DNA from: Owenia fusiformis
Taxonomy: Eukaryota
Direction of reading: 5' to 3'
Assembly: GCA_903813345.2 (NCBI GenBank)
Contig: CAIIXF020000001.1
Coordinates: 26,350,001 to 26,414,000 of the forward strand
DNA: 64,000 bases
Positions 14,212 to 28,275 of the stretch are shown one piece after another. The notes below the pieces were generated by a model. It made no database searches, was not told the origin of the DNA, and saw only the letters and a program-made list of their open reading frames with translations. The first letter of the stretch is position 1. Every line of letters starts with the position of its first letter. The position numbers and the translations under genes were made by a program.

Positions 14212-14530
14212 ATGTGGTATCACATTGTCATATCAAACAAACAAATGCGGTATCACATTGTCATATCAATCAAACAAATGTGGTATCACATTGTCATATC
14301 AAACAAACAAATATGGTATCACATTGTCATATCAAACAAACAAATGCGGTATCACATTGTCATATCAAACAAACAAATGTGGTATTACATTGTCATATCA
14401 AACAAACAAATGCGGTACCACATTGTCATATCAAACAAACAAATGTGGTATCACATTGTCATATCAAACAAATGTGGTATCACATTGTCATGTCAAACAA
14501 ACAAATGTGGTATCACATTGTCATATCAAG
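14212..14530. repeat. 33-bp minisatellite, about 10 copies
   Basis: Unit atgtggtatcacattgtcatatcaaacaaacaa. Confidence 0.95.
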
Positions 14531-15630
14531 CAAGCAATAATAAAAAAAACATATGTTGCATTACATTGTTACTCAAACAAACAAACACACAAACAAACAA
14601 ACAAACCTGACATCACAGTCACATCAAACAAATAAACAATTGTATGAGTAGTACATGTATGCCTATTATTATATACTCAACTGTATATCCAAGTATCAAC
14701 AAACCTCATTAATTAAAGTAATCTTTTACAATAAGTGACCACATGACATATGTTAACTAGATCGGAAATTACATGTTGCCCGCATTAATCTAATAAGAAG
14801 TGTGATGATTGATATATGTATTATGATATGACTTAAGTGCATTGGGATTATATTATATGTTCGTATCTTCATGGAAATGTCCATAATATTTTCTAGGATG
14901 AAGTATTTAGGTAGGTTGGGGCAAAATACAAGTGGAAATGGAGAAAATGTCATGAATACAGGCATAATTATTTTTTGAAGAAGAGTTTTTTTTTTGAAGA
15001 AAAGTTACTTTTTGAAGAAAAGCTGCTTTTTTATGAGAGACAATGGGTGTTACTAATGTGGTATCACATGGACTGGCTTACCAAAGCAGTAAACAAGATA
15101 GCTTTATAACTTCACATTGTACAAAGAAGGGATTTAAAAGATAATGCTACCATGCATTGTGGGCATGTTCTCATTAGCACATTGCTTTTATGTATGATGT
15201 TAGTTCACATGAATATTTAATATCACAAATATGCAACGAAGATTGGTAGGTTATTATAGTTCCATAAACATACATTATACTCAAGTATGTATGTAATATT
15301 TTGCATATTTCAATATAGAGAGTGAAACTTTATTGTTTTATTTTGGTAATCAATTCAAGTATATTGTGACTGTATAAGGGCATTTACAGCATACTCGATG
15401 AGACATACTCATAACATATCAGTGAACCATTTTAATTTTCAGCAAAGTTAGCTTAGTGATCAGAATAAAAATCAAAAAATTTAGTGTTTCACACTAATTG
15501 TTACATACTGTACACTCAATTTTGTTAGGTGGTAAAAAGTTATTTCGTAATTTTCACTTGACATCTTTTGAAATGGCCTCTTAATGGCCTCGTACAGTAT
15601 GATTAACAAAATGATCTTGTGTGCTTTCAG

Positions 15631-18600
15631 AGAAACTCCAAGTCTTACAACCTCAGCGCACCAGATGAGGATACATCTAAGTCTGGTGGTAGCCTAGCAG
15701 GAACCTCTCACAGTAAGAAACAAGAGAGGAGAAACAAACTCCTTGGAAAGACTGGGAAAAAGCCATCACAATTATCTATTGATGACATCTCAGCACCAAT
15801 CATACAACAGTCTTCTCCTGATGTGAAATCTCCTATTGTGCAACAGTCTTCTCCTGATGTGAAATCTCCTATTGTGCAACAGTCTTCTCCTGATGTGAAA
15901 TCTCCTGTAATTCAGCAGTCATCTCCTGGTGTTAAGTCTCATGTTATACAACAGTCCTCTGGTGAACTGAAGTCTGATACTAATAGTAATCATCAAAACG
16001 GAAATGCTAGACCACTAAGTCCTAACAGAGATTCCTATGTACACAAGGAAAATAACCAATCATTAAAGAGACAGAATTCATCTCCGAGGGAGGCTCCACC
16101 AGCGCCACCTAAGGACATAAGAAAATCAAGAGCTCCACTTTCACCACCAATTCAAAAGGCAAATGAGAATATAAAGGACAGTATACCATCTAGGAAACCT
16201 AGTGTTAAAGGACTTGCCCCAGAGCCACCAATAAAATCTTCCAGAAATTCTAGTCAACATAATCAGACTGAGGAGCTTATAAACCAAACTGAAAACTCTC
16301 TTCAAGCAAATACATTACCAAGGGTCAGTTCTCCAGTTAAATCTTTACCCCCATCAGAGGCCCCTGTCCAACCTGTTCCTCCCCCTAAGACTAAGAGACG
16401 GACTAAGAGATCTTTGTCCCCCAAAAGGACTGCTCCATTACCCCCTGCTCCATCTTTACCTTCTGGATGCAAGGAGCCCAAGACGGAAAGCAGCGACACT
16501 TTGAATGAGCTTATTAGATCTGCTAATCAAAGTGTATCTTCTGAACCTCTACCTGATCCAGTTCAAATTCAACAAACAGTTAATGATCCTCTAAAGGAAT
16601 TGTCTAATTCTCCTGATCCTGTGGTAACTAAAGAAACAGTGGAACCAATATATAGCAAGGTTGTTAAAACACCTACTGCTGAGCCTATAAAGAGACCCCT
16701 TAGGCCATCACAAGAGCTTAAACAAAACTCAGGTGAAGAACCCATAGTCGCAGCACAAGCTCCAATTCCTCCAAAAAGAGATCGAACAAAACGTAGAAGT
16801 AAAAAACTTTCAAACACTCAGGGTAATGAAGTATGCGACTCTGGATTATATTCAAATGTTATAATTTCTAGAAAGGAACCAGAAGTTGTTCAAGTACAAG
16901 AGGATACAAACTTAGTTTGTGATAATGTTAACATAAGTAAAGGGGATACAAGTGCAAATCCGACTGACATAAGTGCAAATAATGATGACAGTGTAAAAGT
17001 AAAATTCAGTGAAGAGACAAAATTAGAAACAATAAGTAAAGCGCCTGTTGAGTTAGCTGAACCTCCTGCAATAGAAGAAGACATTAGACCAATAGAGCCT
17101 CCATCTGATTTCTTTTTAAGTGATGATAGTGTGACCAAGAAAGATCCATTTGTGATACCTCTTGTCAGAGCAAGTGAATCCGTAGCAGTAACAGGTCAAC
17201 CTTCAAATTTACAGCCTCTTTCTGATTCAGAGCCTCCTTCTGATTTAGAGCCTGTCTCTGATTTGGGGCCTCCTTCTGATTTCTTCTTAAGTGATGAAAC
17301 TCTGCCAAAAAGAGACCCATTTATAATACCTCTTGTAAGGGCTAGCGAATCTGTTGCGTGTACCAGTCCACCCCCGTCTGTCACTCCACATACACATACC
17401 CCTATTGAAGATAATAATTCCGTTATTGATTCAAGCCCTCCAGAACCTGTACCTGTAACAGACATTGATGACATTCAGTTAGATATAACTGATGTTGAAA
17501 ATACATTTGATGATATCTTAACTGAAAATAATATTACAATCACTGAGGAAAACTCAAAAATAAGTGTTGATGATGCAGCTGATATAGATTGTGCTGATGT
17601 AGAGAGTGCATTTGATGAGATTCTTGCAGATTTTGACACTGAAGTAGAAAATACAGTAGCACTAGACAGAGAACCAGCTTCCCATTTGTTAAATCTAGAT
17701 TTGAAGTCTACATTCGTTGATCCTTCAGACATTGGTTCAGTCAGTCCGAGAGAGCCCCCACCTCTGCCTGAATCTGCTCCACCCCCTTTAACCCCCCCTG
17801 AGGAGGATCCATATCCCGATATTGTGCCTCCTGTGGAGTCAACTGAAATTACATTTATCCCTATTGACACTCCAGAAGCCACCTTCCTTGCTGTACCAGA
17901 GGTTACTAGCCTTGCTCTCACTGAAGATACTGTTCACCTCCCTCAAGTTGAAGACCCAGATGACTTGAGTTGGATTGCAACATTAGCTCAAGCTGAACAA
18001 GACGGTGAATTCACCAGGGAGGACGTTGAGGAAATATTAGAAATGGAAGCAGAAAGGAGAAAAAAATCAGTTGATGAACTGAGAGCAGAATTTTTTGGCA
18101 TCCGGAATGACGCAGTTAAAGTAAGCACCCCAAAGTTGAAGTCTGTTGAGAATAACAATGAGATAACTGTAAAACCAGTTGTAATTGAGGATAAGACAGT
18201 CTCTAGCATTAAATCTGATGTTAACACTGAGAAAAGTGTTGGTGAATATGACTTTATTCCACCGCCATTGCCATATAGTGATAATATGTCTAAAGTAACC
18301 GTTGTCTCCATAAAAAGACCAGATCCTCCACAAAAGGAGAAAGGCTATGGACTTGACAGTGATTATAGTGAGGACTCTGATATATCAGATAATGAAGAAG
18401 TATTTGCAGCAACATTTACCCCTGGTGATACTGACAAGAAAAAAGTTAAGCGTGGTACTAATGAAAGCAGTGATAGTGGTATTGCTCTGATATCATACAA
18501 AATTAACGAAAATGACAGAAATACCAAAGATCCATCCATCTACCCACTTGGTGATGAATCCGAAGATGGGGGAATCACATTGATTTCATACAATAAAAGT

Positions 18601-19069
18601 AAATCAGATGATGTGTCTCAAACAACGAAATCCATACCCCCTACAGTGGCGCCAGTTCCACCAAAAAGAGCATCAAAGTTGAAAAAGGATGAGCCAGCCA
18701 TGATTGCTGCACCACCCCTACCTAAGACCCCACCCCCAGATGTGATACCATCATCTATGTATTCATTACCAACCTCCACCTCATCAAGTATGGAGAAGAT
18801 GAAGGACATTGCAAACAGCAGCACATCAGGTGAAAAGATGGTGTACATCAAGGGCAGCAGTTCAGATAAACCGAAACCTCTCATAGAAGGCTTCTCTTCA
18901 GAATTGGACGAACTCGAGTTAGAGCGCAGGAAACTCATCAGTGAAAACAAGATGGTCAACAAGAAGGTCACTTGGGGTCAAGGGCAGCTGCAGGGTGAAG
19001 ATGTTGGTGCTACCGCCATTCTAAAGTCTCCACCACCTCAACAACCTGACATTGTACCCAGGCGCAAGG
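15631..19069 (+). CDS. Giant 3439-nt coding exon of a MISP/AKAP2-like scaffold gene (Pro/Ser/Glu/Asp-rich disordered region)
   Basis: Lies within the 1170-aa ORF. Acceptor tgctttcag| at 15630 (phase 0); donor AAGG|gtgagt after 19069 (phase 1), which matches the acceptor at 38404. Confidence 0.85.
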
Positions 19070-20235
19070 GTGAGTTTCTTTTATTAGTTTGTAACCTTAA
19101 AGTGGCAATAAGGCTTGTAGAGAGAAAATAGGAAAATTTTAACTTTTTCTGAGCTATCAAGGCAACAGTTGGCCTAACATCTTCTTCGACATACCTATTT
19201 TCTTAAAATGTATGGATAAACTATCAATTTCGGCATTAAAAAGTGTAAATTCAGTTCAAAGCTTCAAAAAGGGGATGTCCACTTTTATATTTTTAAGATC
19301 CACCATGTTTCAAGAGGAATATAAGCTGAAATAATGATTATCTAGGGGGTTTCTTTTTAGAAAATAAAAATAGATGTTAGTCTTGATGAAATATCCAAAC
19401 TTAAATATATTTTGACACTGGTCCATGATCGTTGAATGGCCCCTCTGCACTACTTGTTGCACCTTTAAAAAAGAAAATCTGCAACTAGTAGTTTGGACCT
19501 TGTGCATGTTTTCCCTAGTTTTGAATAATACAAGATTTTAGCATAGGGCAAAGGATGGTGAGTATAAAACATGTGTTTTGTGTATAATAGTGCACTGTAC
19601 TTTCCATAGTATAATGTTATTTATGTCATGCATGAACATTCTAAATTAAGATATAATAGATTAACTGTCAAACCAAACAATTCCAGTTTCTTTTTTACCA
19701 TACCAAGCTCTCCCTCTACGAATGTTGAACTCCATGACTCAAAAATGTAGATGTGATAGACATCTATATAAGATCATGAAATGTTAGTTTGTATAACTGA
19801 TCTTTAAAACACTCAGTACAATCAGTATATAAAACTTGACAGTTATTGACTGAAATGATTAAGTTTATTATGTAAATACTTGAACTTTTATGTAAATTCA
19901 TTCTTGTTAAGATCTCTCAATTTCTTAAGTATTCGAACACACTGTACCTGATGATGATAAAATTAAGACAAATTGATATAGGATTCAAACATGACCGTGC
20001 TCTATTCGAATTTCTCAACCAATCAGAATGCAGCATAGCCAATATAGAACGTTCTCTAATTCTCCATAGATGCACGACCATGCTCTATTCAATCTGCAAT
20101 TTGCATTGTTTTGAGTGACGTCACATCTCAGCTAGCTGCACATCTGGGGCTCTGTCCGGGGATAGCTGTTCGTATTCTTCCTTCATGCCCGTTCCACAGA
20201 CACGGCTTTTACTAATTCGTTTTTATGTTTGAATC

Positions 20236-20394
20236 GGAATAAATAATGATAGGCCATTCAATATGGTGAAATTCAGCACTCGTTGGACAGAATGTTAGTA
20301 CAAATGCACTCACCTTCGGTTCGTGCTTTGTACAACATTCTGTCCAACTCGTGCTGAATTTCACCATATTGAATGGCCTATCATTATTTATTCC
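20236..20394. repeat. 159-bp near-perfect palindrome, possibly the end of a Crypton-like element starting near 19923
   Basis: Outer 44 bp are perfectly complementary, followed by shorter stems and a tiny loop. Confidence 0.9.
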
Positions 20395-21207
20395 TTAATT
20401 GATTGATTGGAATAATTTATCTTTTGATTGATATTAAATTTATAATGAGAGTACTGTAATTAACAAAGGCCATGTACTGAAATAAAATAGATGTTGTTAC
20501 ACCTGTAATTACATTACATGTACATATACTAGCCAAGGGGCTCTTAAAGGCCACAATGGGACAAGGCGTTGTACTAATTAGAATTTGAAGTTCATTTTGT
20601 ATTGATAGAAATACATGTCATAAAGAAATTGATACACTGAGGAGGCACCGTATTTTAGAATTGGATGTTTATACAGTCACATATAAAATGATAAAGTCAA
20701 GTTTGAAGCAGTTAAAAGTTAAAATGTAACTTGTTAGAACTGATGCACCAACGATGGACTTAGAGATAACGAGTCTATGTGTGTTTAGAATGAAACACCT
20801 ATCAAAGTACATACAAAAATATATCATTGATAAACAGCCTTAGATCTCAATAGGTGCTGAACATTGACAAAATTAATAGGACCAATATATCAGGATTATT
20901 TGACTGAAAGTAAAAATGTAACCAAAATGCGTGAGAAGCGACAAGTGGCTGCCCATATACGATATGAGATCATAGGTCAGGGCAACGAAAACCCGCCAAT
21001 TAGAAAATGTTGATGTTAAAATGTGTTAAATCACACTTAGTTCAGCCCACACCTTATATGATAGGTCAACTTTGACGTTTCAGATTGGATTTACTTACTA
21101 AATTAACTATTGTGTAGATAAGAAATTCAGAATAAGATAGCGGAATCTTGTATCAGAGTAAATCCAGCTTATTAAGATAGAAAGATCATACGAACACATC
21201 TCGTAAA

Positions 21208-21409
21208 ATGTCTGATGATGAAGCTTTATCATGTACTGTTGAACCACGATGGGCAGCTGGGGCTGTACGCATCACAGATGATGCTCTCGAGGTCAGTTTG
21301 AGCTACTTACGGGACCTCTGTATCGCAGGATTACCACCGGGACATGAGAATAGCAACCAACAAGTTGTCAAGGTTGCGCTTACTCCATCTTTGGTTGATG
21401 CAACTACAG
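21208..21409 (+). CDS. Candidate alternative first exon (MSDDEALSCTVEPRW...VDATT) or fragment of an unrelated insert
   Basis: aaaATG start of a 121-aa ORF; internal donor ACAG|gtatta is phase 1, matching exon 38404. Confidence 0.25.
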
Positions 21410-22949
21410 GTATTAACAATATAAAGTTGATTTTTTCAGTAGATAAAGGATCTAGAAAAATGATATGCAACTGGTTCAGTAATGCCATTCTGACTGGCTG
21501 CTTTCAGAACCTTAGCTCAACCCCTTGTTTTAGATGCAGGATTTGTCCCAAGAGAAATATATATATCTCTTGAGGGACTGCAGGAACAGACTCATATTTC
21601 CCAGTAGATAAACCCTGTAGCTGTAGCCAGAGCCATATTTATCAAAGGTATCCAATACATTATGGGTCTCTAGCTATAGGGACCCAAATTTCAATTTTAT
21701 GGTTCCAAAATTTAAATTAAATGAATTACCAATTCATTTGACTCAAGTCAGTTGTTATTGTCTGAAAAAATAATTTTAGTGATATTATTTGATATTAAAA
21801 GTACAGCATCTAGAATTCTGACCATAAATGTCCTGAATATGTTTTAATTCATGATGATGATACTTTCCCCATCAATAGACTTTGGTACCTACCCTCTTTG
21901 CTTAAGATATCAATGCTTGAAAGAATTATTCAACTAGTTATTTGTATGACCATTTTCTTACTGAATTTTATATCTTTCACATTTTTCATTTTTGACTGGC
22001 AATTAATTCACTTTATAACATGAGCATTTTTTAACATTTTATAGTTATATTATTAAAGTCTATTGCTAGAGTAATTTACAGCTTAAGAATTTAAAATATA
22101 TTGGGGTGATTTAGGATCAGATATTGGCCCTTTACTTAACAGGTACATAGTAGCTTTTCATTACACCCCCCCCCATTTTTAATTTGAACTTTGTTTTGTA
22201 TGATGTTTAAGAAGTCCTGATAGGGTGTTAATAACCCTTTCTAGTAGTTTGATTTCAATTCTTAAAAGAGAGCTTCATCTGTTTAATGTTGTAGACTCGG
22301 ACAACTAGGATATGTCTCCAAGCAAGATTTTATACATGTAATAATAGTACTATATAGAGTTTGATTGTTCACAGATGGAGAATCACATAAGGTCAAATCG
22401 AATAATGGTTAAGTTCAAAACGGTCATTCCATGCAATATGTCGCAAATAATAATTGGTTATACAAAGTTATTAATAGATGTATATGACAATTGTTTTAAG
22501 ATGATCAGTTGGGATGAATTAGATGATATATTGTATGATCATTTGTCTTTTTTTCACACACTTTAGTAGTAAAAATCTTTTTAATAGTGAGGTTTCGCTC
22601 ATAAGTGGAAGCTATACGTAGTAAGCATTAGGAAGTGAAATTTTGTGTTTTGCAACAAAGAATACTTCATATATATAGATTATCATTTATCAATCAATTC
22701 TAATATCATTTCATCAAAAATACTTTTCTCTGCCAAATTCCTTGTTTGTATTGTTGATTGGATACTAATATGACTAAATGTCAATTATTGCTGTGATTCT
22801 AGACTAACAATTATGTCTAAAGTATATTAGGATTTACTCACTTATGCACAATGTTTTATAATGGCCTCTTATAGACATATGGAGCTACGAGACAAGTGGT
22901 GACACAGTACCCCAAAATTATAAGTTATAAACATAAGGGATTTATAAGG

Positions 22950-23295
22950 GAGTCTGAGATTTGATGCACTGGGTGAAGGGGTAGAGTGAAAGCCTGAAAT
23001 TTGATGTAATGAGTAAAGGGTTTAGAGGGAAGCCTGAGATACTAGTTTTTGATGTAATGGGTAAAGGGAGAGCCTGCGATTTGATGCAATGAGTGAAGGG
23101 AAAGTATGAAATTTGATGTAATGGGAAAAGGGAAGAGGGAAGTTTGAGAGATTTGAAGCAATGGGTAAAGGGGTAAAAGGAAGCCTGAGATACTAGATAT
23201 AGTATTTGATGCAATGGGTAAAGGGATATAGGGAAAGCCTGAGAGATTTGATGAAAGGGTAAAGGGATAGAGGAAAGCCTAATATATTTGATGAA
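22950..23295. repeat. Degenerate purine-rich ~40-bp tandem repeat
   Basis: Recurrent tttgatgcaatgggtaaaggg...aagcctgaga. Confidence 0.75.
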
Positions 23296-26129
23296 AGAAT
23301 TTTAAGAGGTAGAGGGGGAAACTTGAACAACTTGGAAGTTAAGATGAACTTTGAAAAAGACAGTTGTTTTTACTTTTTAGTTCAATATCTTTCATCTCTT
23401 GAGGTCAGTGTAACCAGCCAATAGATTTATTGCCAACTGTTCATGACATTATGGTCACGGATCTAATCGAAATAACTTTAAATTTTAGCATTCAGTCATG
23501 ATTATATTCAACATGTGTTTGCTGTATGTTCAAAGTACAGTTTTGAAGCGTGATAACTAAAAATATGTAGATAATTATGTGGATGTGCACTTTTTGAGAT
23601 ATCAGGAATGGGAAAAGGTGGTCAATTCTAAAATATTCAAATATCACTAAAGGTTACACAGTACAGGAGTCTATCATTATATATAAGATATAATGATATA
23701 ATGTGAGCAATGTGATTAGGTATTTCAAGCATTTTGGATACTTAATTGGGGAATCCATCAAATATATACTTTTTGAATACTGTATTTTAGCGAATTAAAA
23801 AAATCGCCGAATTAAATACAATGTAGTTACCAAAATCCCTTGGAATATGACATGTTTTTCATTTAGTACACTTCCGGTTATGAGAAAGATATACTGAGAT
23901 GGCTGGGCTGTTCAGATTTGTAGAAACAACAAAAAATATTGAAGAAAATATAAACAAGAAATTGTTCATCAACAGCAACAATGAGTATCTTGAGTTGGGT
24001 TGAATGGGAGGATGTCTGGGACACTTGAAACCCACCAATTAAATATACGCCAATAGGCCCAAAAACACAAAATCGCCAAATTAAGTAGCGCCAGAATCCA
24101 GAGTACCTCTCTGTATAGCTCTGTATAGAAAAAAGTATTCCAAAATTTGTAATGCAAATCAATTCATCATCATTCATATGCAAAATTGAGGGGGATATGG
24201 GAGGTCAATCTATGACATAACTACTTTTGGGAGGGACAGGGGCCCGATGAAAGACTATTCTTGGTCCACTTGTTTGGTTGAGGTACCATGGTTTACAATG
24301 GTTTACCCCTAACTATGTCTATACGGTTATTTACAAGTGAGATATACAGTAAAACCTATGTTCACATTGAAAGGTGTTCAGATTAGAGAGGTGTTCTGAT
24401 ATTCATATTTCACTGTATATTCTAGGTTATAAAGTGTCAGGTGTAGTCTGATTAATTAAGTACCTTTTTGGTCAGGGTAATGGTACACCCTTAATGTGAC
24501 ACCCTATAATCATTACTTATCATATATACGTATTGTATGGCATGCACCCATGGCCCATGTAACCCTCACCTCACCAGCTCACATTCATTTATTGATGTAA
24601 CAGTTGAACTTGGCTTCACTTTTCGGTTTCCCCTGCACAAATTCCCCCATGTCAATTTTGACAGAGAAATTTATATATCTCAAGAAATATATTTGCTTTT
24701 GTTATCTCAATGTAAATGACCTGTCCAGTCAATCACTCATATTATAGATACACATAAGACATCACCAGGCTTCAGCACAGCCACAAGAATTGCCTCAATT
24801 TCAGACTTCCCATTTATTTATATTGGTTGATTATTCATTGCATCATCTTTTCTTGGGACTATGCAGTGATTTGTCTTAGATGTAATAATGTTTACATATA
24901 ATCTTAAGTTTAACTGGGTGGTACTGGACAATACCTAGAGAATAGACAAGTGGAAATTAAAACTTCACAAGAATACTGAACAATGAAGATCACAAGGTTA
25001 TAAGTAATAGTTAAAGACAGACTTGAGGAGGGGTAAGTGGTCTTACAATTTATTTAACCTTACCATTGTTTTTAACATGTTAAGTATATATCTTTTATGA
25101 AAATATGTTATCTTAAGAAATATGTAAATTCCAACATGTACATTTTTACCCTGTGCAGAGAGTTAAGTTCGAAACTAACTAATGTAAATCAATTAAGCTC
25201 TCTTTTAAGGGTTGAAGTCAAACGAATGTAAAGCGTGTGTGGCGATTGTACCAAAACATGTGGTATAATATATTCCGAAGATATATGATGGTATTATTTT
25301 TGATCACAGATGAATCTGAGTCATATTTCTTTTCAGTTCTAGTCAAATATATTTTACTTTTGCATATTTCGAATATTTGTAAGAAACACAATAATCTGCA
25401 GGGTTATACTTGCTTACCTTGAAATTAAAGATGCTTAGGTGATCATGCCATTTGTTTGACACATGTCATTTATGTGACACAAGCCATTCCTCGACACATC
25501 AATATTGTGTCACCTAGAGTTTACTATTTGAGCAAATTTGAATTTCGTATCAAATTACTTGAGGCTGTATTTTCATCATTATCTGGATTACATGTCTACA
25601 CACATCATTTGCCATTTCGGTTTAAGATATCCGAGATCAAATAGCACATTTACATTATGTTGGAATTAAATTCATTAGTAGTGCTACCTTATTAACAAGC
25701 AGTATGCAAATAGGTATACACTGTACACAGGAATTTGAAGAGATTGAAGCAAATTAAATTGAACTTTCTATTCGGAATCGGCTACAGGATGTACATGTAG
25801 TACATGATATGATAAATGAGAATTTGATTTCAAAGTATCACTTAAAACTAAATGATCAAGTACAAAGGTAAGTGAACATTTTTTTATGAAAAGATGTCAC
25901 TGAAATTGCTTTAAATGATCGAATTTGAATGATAATGTTGCCTGAATGAAAAGTAGCAAGGTGAACCAACAGTCAAAGAAGGACAAAACACATTCAGTAC
26001 TGGTAATACCATTTGTGAAGGTAGCAATAGTCGGGGTCATTTTTGCCACAGCAAGGCCACAATTGAGTCAAGGTCATTTGTGCTACAGGATTAGTCAAGA
26101 TCACTGGTGTCACAGCATTATGCCAATTA

Positions 26130-26271
26130 TGCCTCGGTCACATTTGCCCGAATCTTGGGCGGCGCCTGGCAGATTGAGTGTTTTGTTCAATATTGTATTC
26201 AATTTTGAACAAAATACTCAATCGGCCGGCCAGGCGCCGTAGTGAAAATAGTAGCAAATGTGACCAAGGCA
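26130..26271. mobile_element. Small palindromic Harbinger-like MITE (142 bp); decayed relative near 53797-53900
   Basis: TTA TSD, TIR TGCCTYGGTCACATTTGC, internal inverted repeat. Confidence 0.8.
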
Positions 26272-27799
26272 TTAGATATTGATTCTCTGCAGGACTGAGG
26301 AGGAAACATTAATAGGAAAATTACTCCAGACTGTAAAGTACAATACCATGCCCAAGGTTGAGTTCTACTCATGACAACATGTTTTGCTAATGATGTTAAT
26401 GTTTAATGGCTTGAATGGGAAGGATATGTCCTAAGATTAACCTTCTTTTGGCTTTATTCTGAAAAAACACCTTTAATCGCCAGCTGAAAGCCTTTTATTG
26501 GCTAATTAAAAAACATGCATTCATATCAGATATAAAAAGAGTCCTTTTCGAAGTTTACATTAGTTTGTTTTTGTATTTCCTTTGAGTTGTTTTCTTGAGG
26601 AGTGAGGTGTAGACTGATTCACACTTGACTAGTTTTAACCTCAAGGTTTGTGGTACTACATTCATGTCTGACAGTGAACGTTTGCATTAAGTGTGTGTCA
26701 GATGTGCGTGCATTGAAATCTAACTGTTGAGTTTGCTATTCACTGTATAATTGTCAACCTTCTTCAAGAAAAGGAAATTTTATGCTTATGTTTGTTTTCT
26801 ACTAGGATTCCAGTACGAGACATAACCAACAGGTAAGTTACAAATATCTTTTAAGTTCTGAGCCAAGAATTACGAATACGGGGATATATTGACATCTGCA
26901 GATGGTTTTAAAGTTAAAATAGTACAAATGAAAACATGAATTCCATACTTTAATTAAGTATTCTAGAATTTGATGAGAAAAATACAGACATTTCGAAACT
27001 TTATCCCAGGCTTAAAATTAGTTAAAATGGATCTATGGGTACATCCATGGAGTACATTGAGTAATGGGTTAGTACATTTTATATTTTCAAAACATTTTAA
27101 TCAGGATGTATCTATTATTGTTAGGCATCTATAACAATATAGGAAACACGGTATAACATATTAGTGTCATCACTCAACCTGTAAATGTGTATGACCATGT
27201 TATTGACGAAGTAGGGGCTCACTTAGAGAGGGTGTCTCGTAAGTTGACTGATGTAAATACTTGTATATTTTAATTTCATATATTCATTACGGTGTATGAA
27301 AATCAATGATGCTGCACAAAAAAGGAAAATCAGGGCGGAGAAAATCAAATCATAAGTATTTGGTATTTAAAGAGGATTTAAGAAGTCACAAAGTAGAGGC
27401 CTTTCACCTTCTCTGAGTCAGTTCCTGTTACATAGCCATATGCTAAAGGTTGACGTCTTTCTGCAGTAAAGTTGACATATAGGTTAAATCTCTTTCTGCT
27501 GTAGGTTGTAAATGATCTATCAAATATGTTGAAGTCATCCTGACTTTGCAGGTACAGGTTAAAGGACTAATCGCAAAAAAAATAAACTCTGTTTACTTCG
27601 TTGGGATAATGAGGTATTCTATGAGACTCAGTGGCTTCGAATTTACATATTTCATTGAGGTGATATCTTTTATGCAGAAAGTTTGCAACATGACTCATTA
27701 ATGTTTGAAAGCTTTCACACAAAATGTGGTCTAATAAACACTTTGACCAATTTAACCATGGACAAGTAATACAAGCATGTCTAGCATGCTCTAGAAGCA

Positions 27800-28275
27800 C
27801 TACCATACATTGGTACTGTTGGACATTGGCACTACCAGACAATGGTACTGCTATTACAACTACCATACATTAGTAGTCTTATACATTGGCACTACCAGAC
27901 AATGGTACTGCTATATATTACAACTACCATACATTGGTAGTCTTATACATTGGCACTACCAGACAAAGGTACTGCTATATATTACAACTACCATACATCG
28001 GTACTGCTATACATTACAACTACCATACATCCGTACTGCTATACATTACAACTACCATACATCGGTACTGCTATATATTACAACTACCATACATTGGTAG
28101 TGTTATACATTGGCACTACCAGGCAATGGTAATACTATACATTACAACTACCATACATCAGTACTGCTATACATTACAACTACCATACATTGGTACTGCT
28201 ATACATTGGTAATACCATAGATTAGTGTACTACCACCTATATACTGCTATACATTGGCAATACCATCTAAACATT
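27800..28275. repeat. Composite minisatellite (actaccatacattggtactgctatacattaca variants)
   Basis: Interleaved ~32-bp unit variants. Confidence 0.9.

Noticed and set aside
14089-14635. Three overlapping ORFs of 116-173 aa
   Set aside because: Artefact of a stop-free 33-bp minisatellite that is open in all three + frames.
16302-18971. Multiple minus-strand ORFs
   Set aside because: Antisense shadows of the giant + strand exon.
19070-19131. ORF extension past the donor (EFLLLVCNLKVAIRLVERK)
   Set aside because: Read-through into intron sequence after a consensus gtgagt donor.
27810-28212. Tyr/Thr-rich ORFs
   Set aside because: Translation of a minisatellite.
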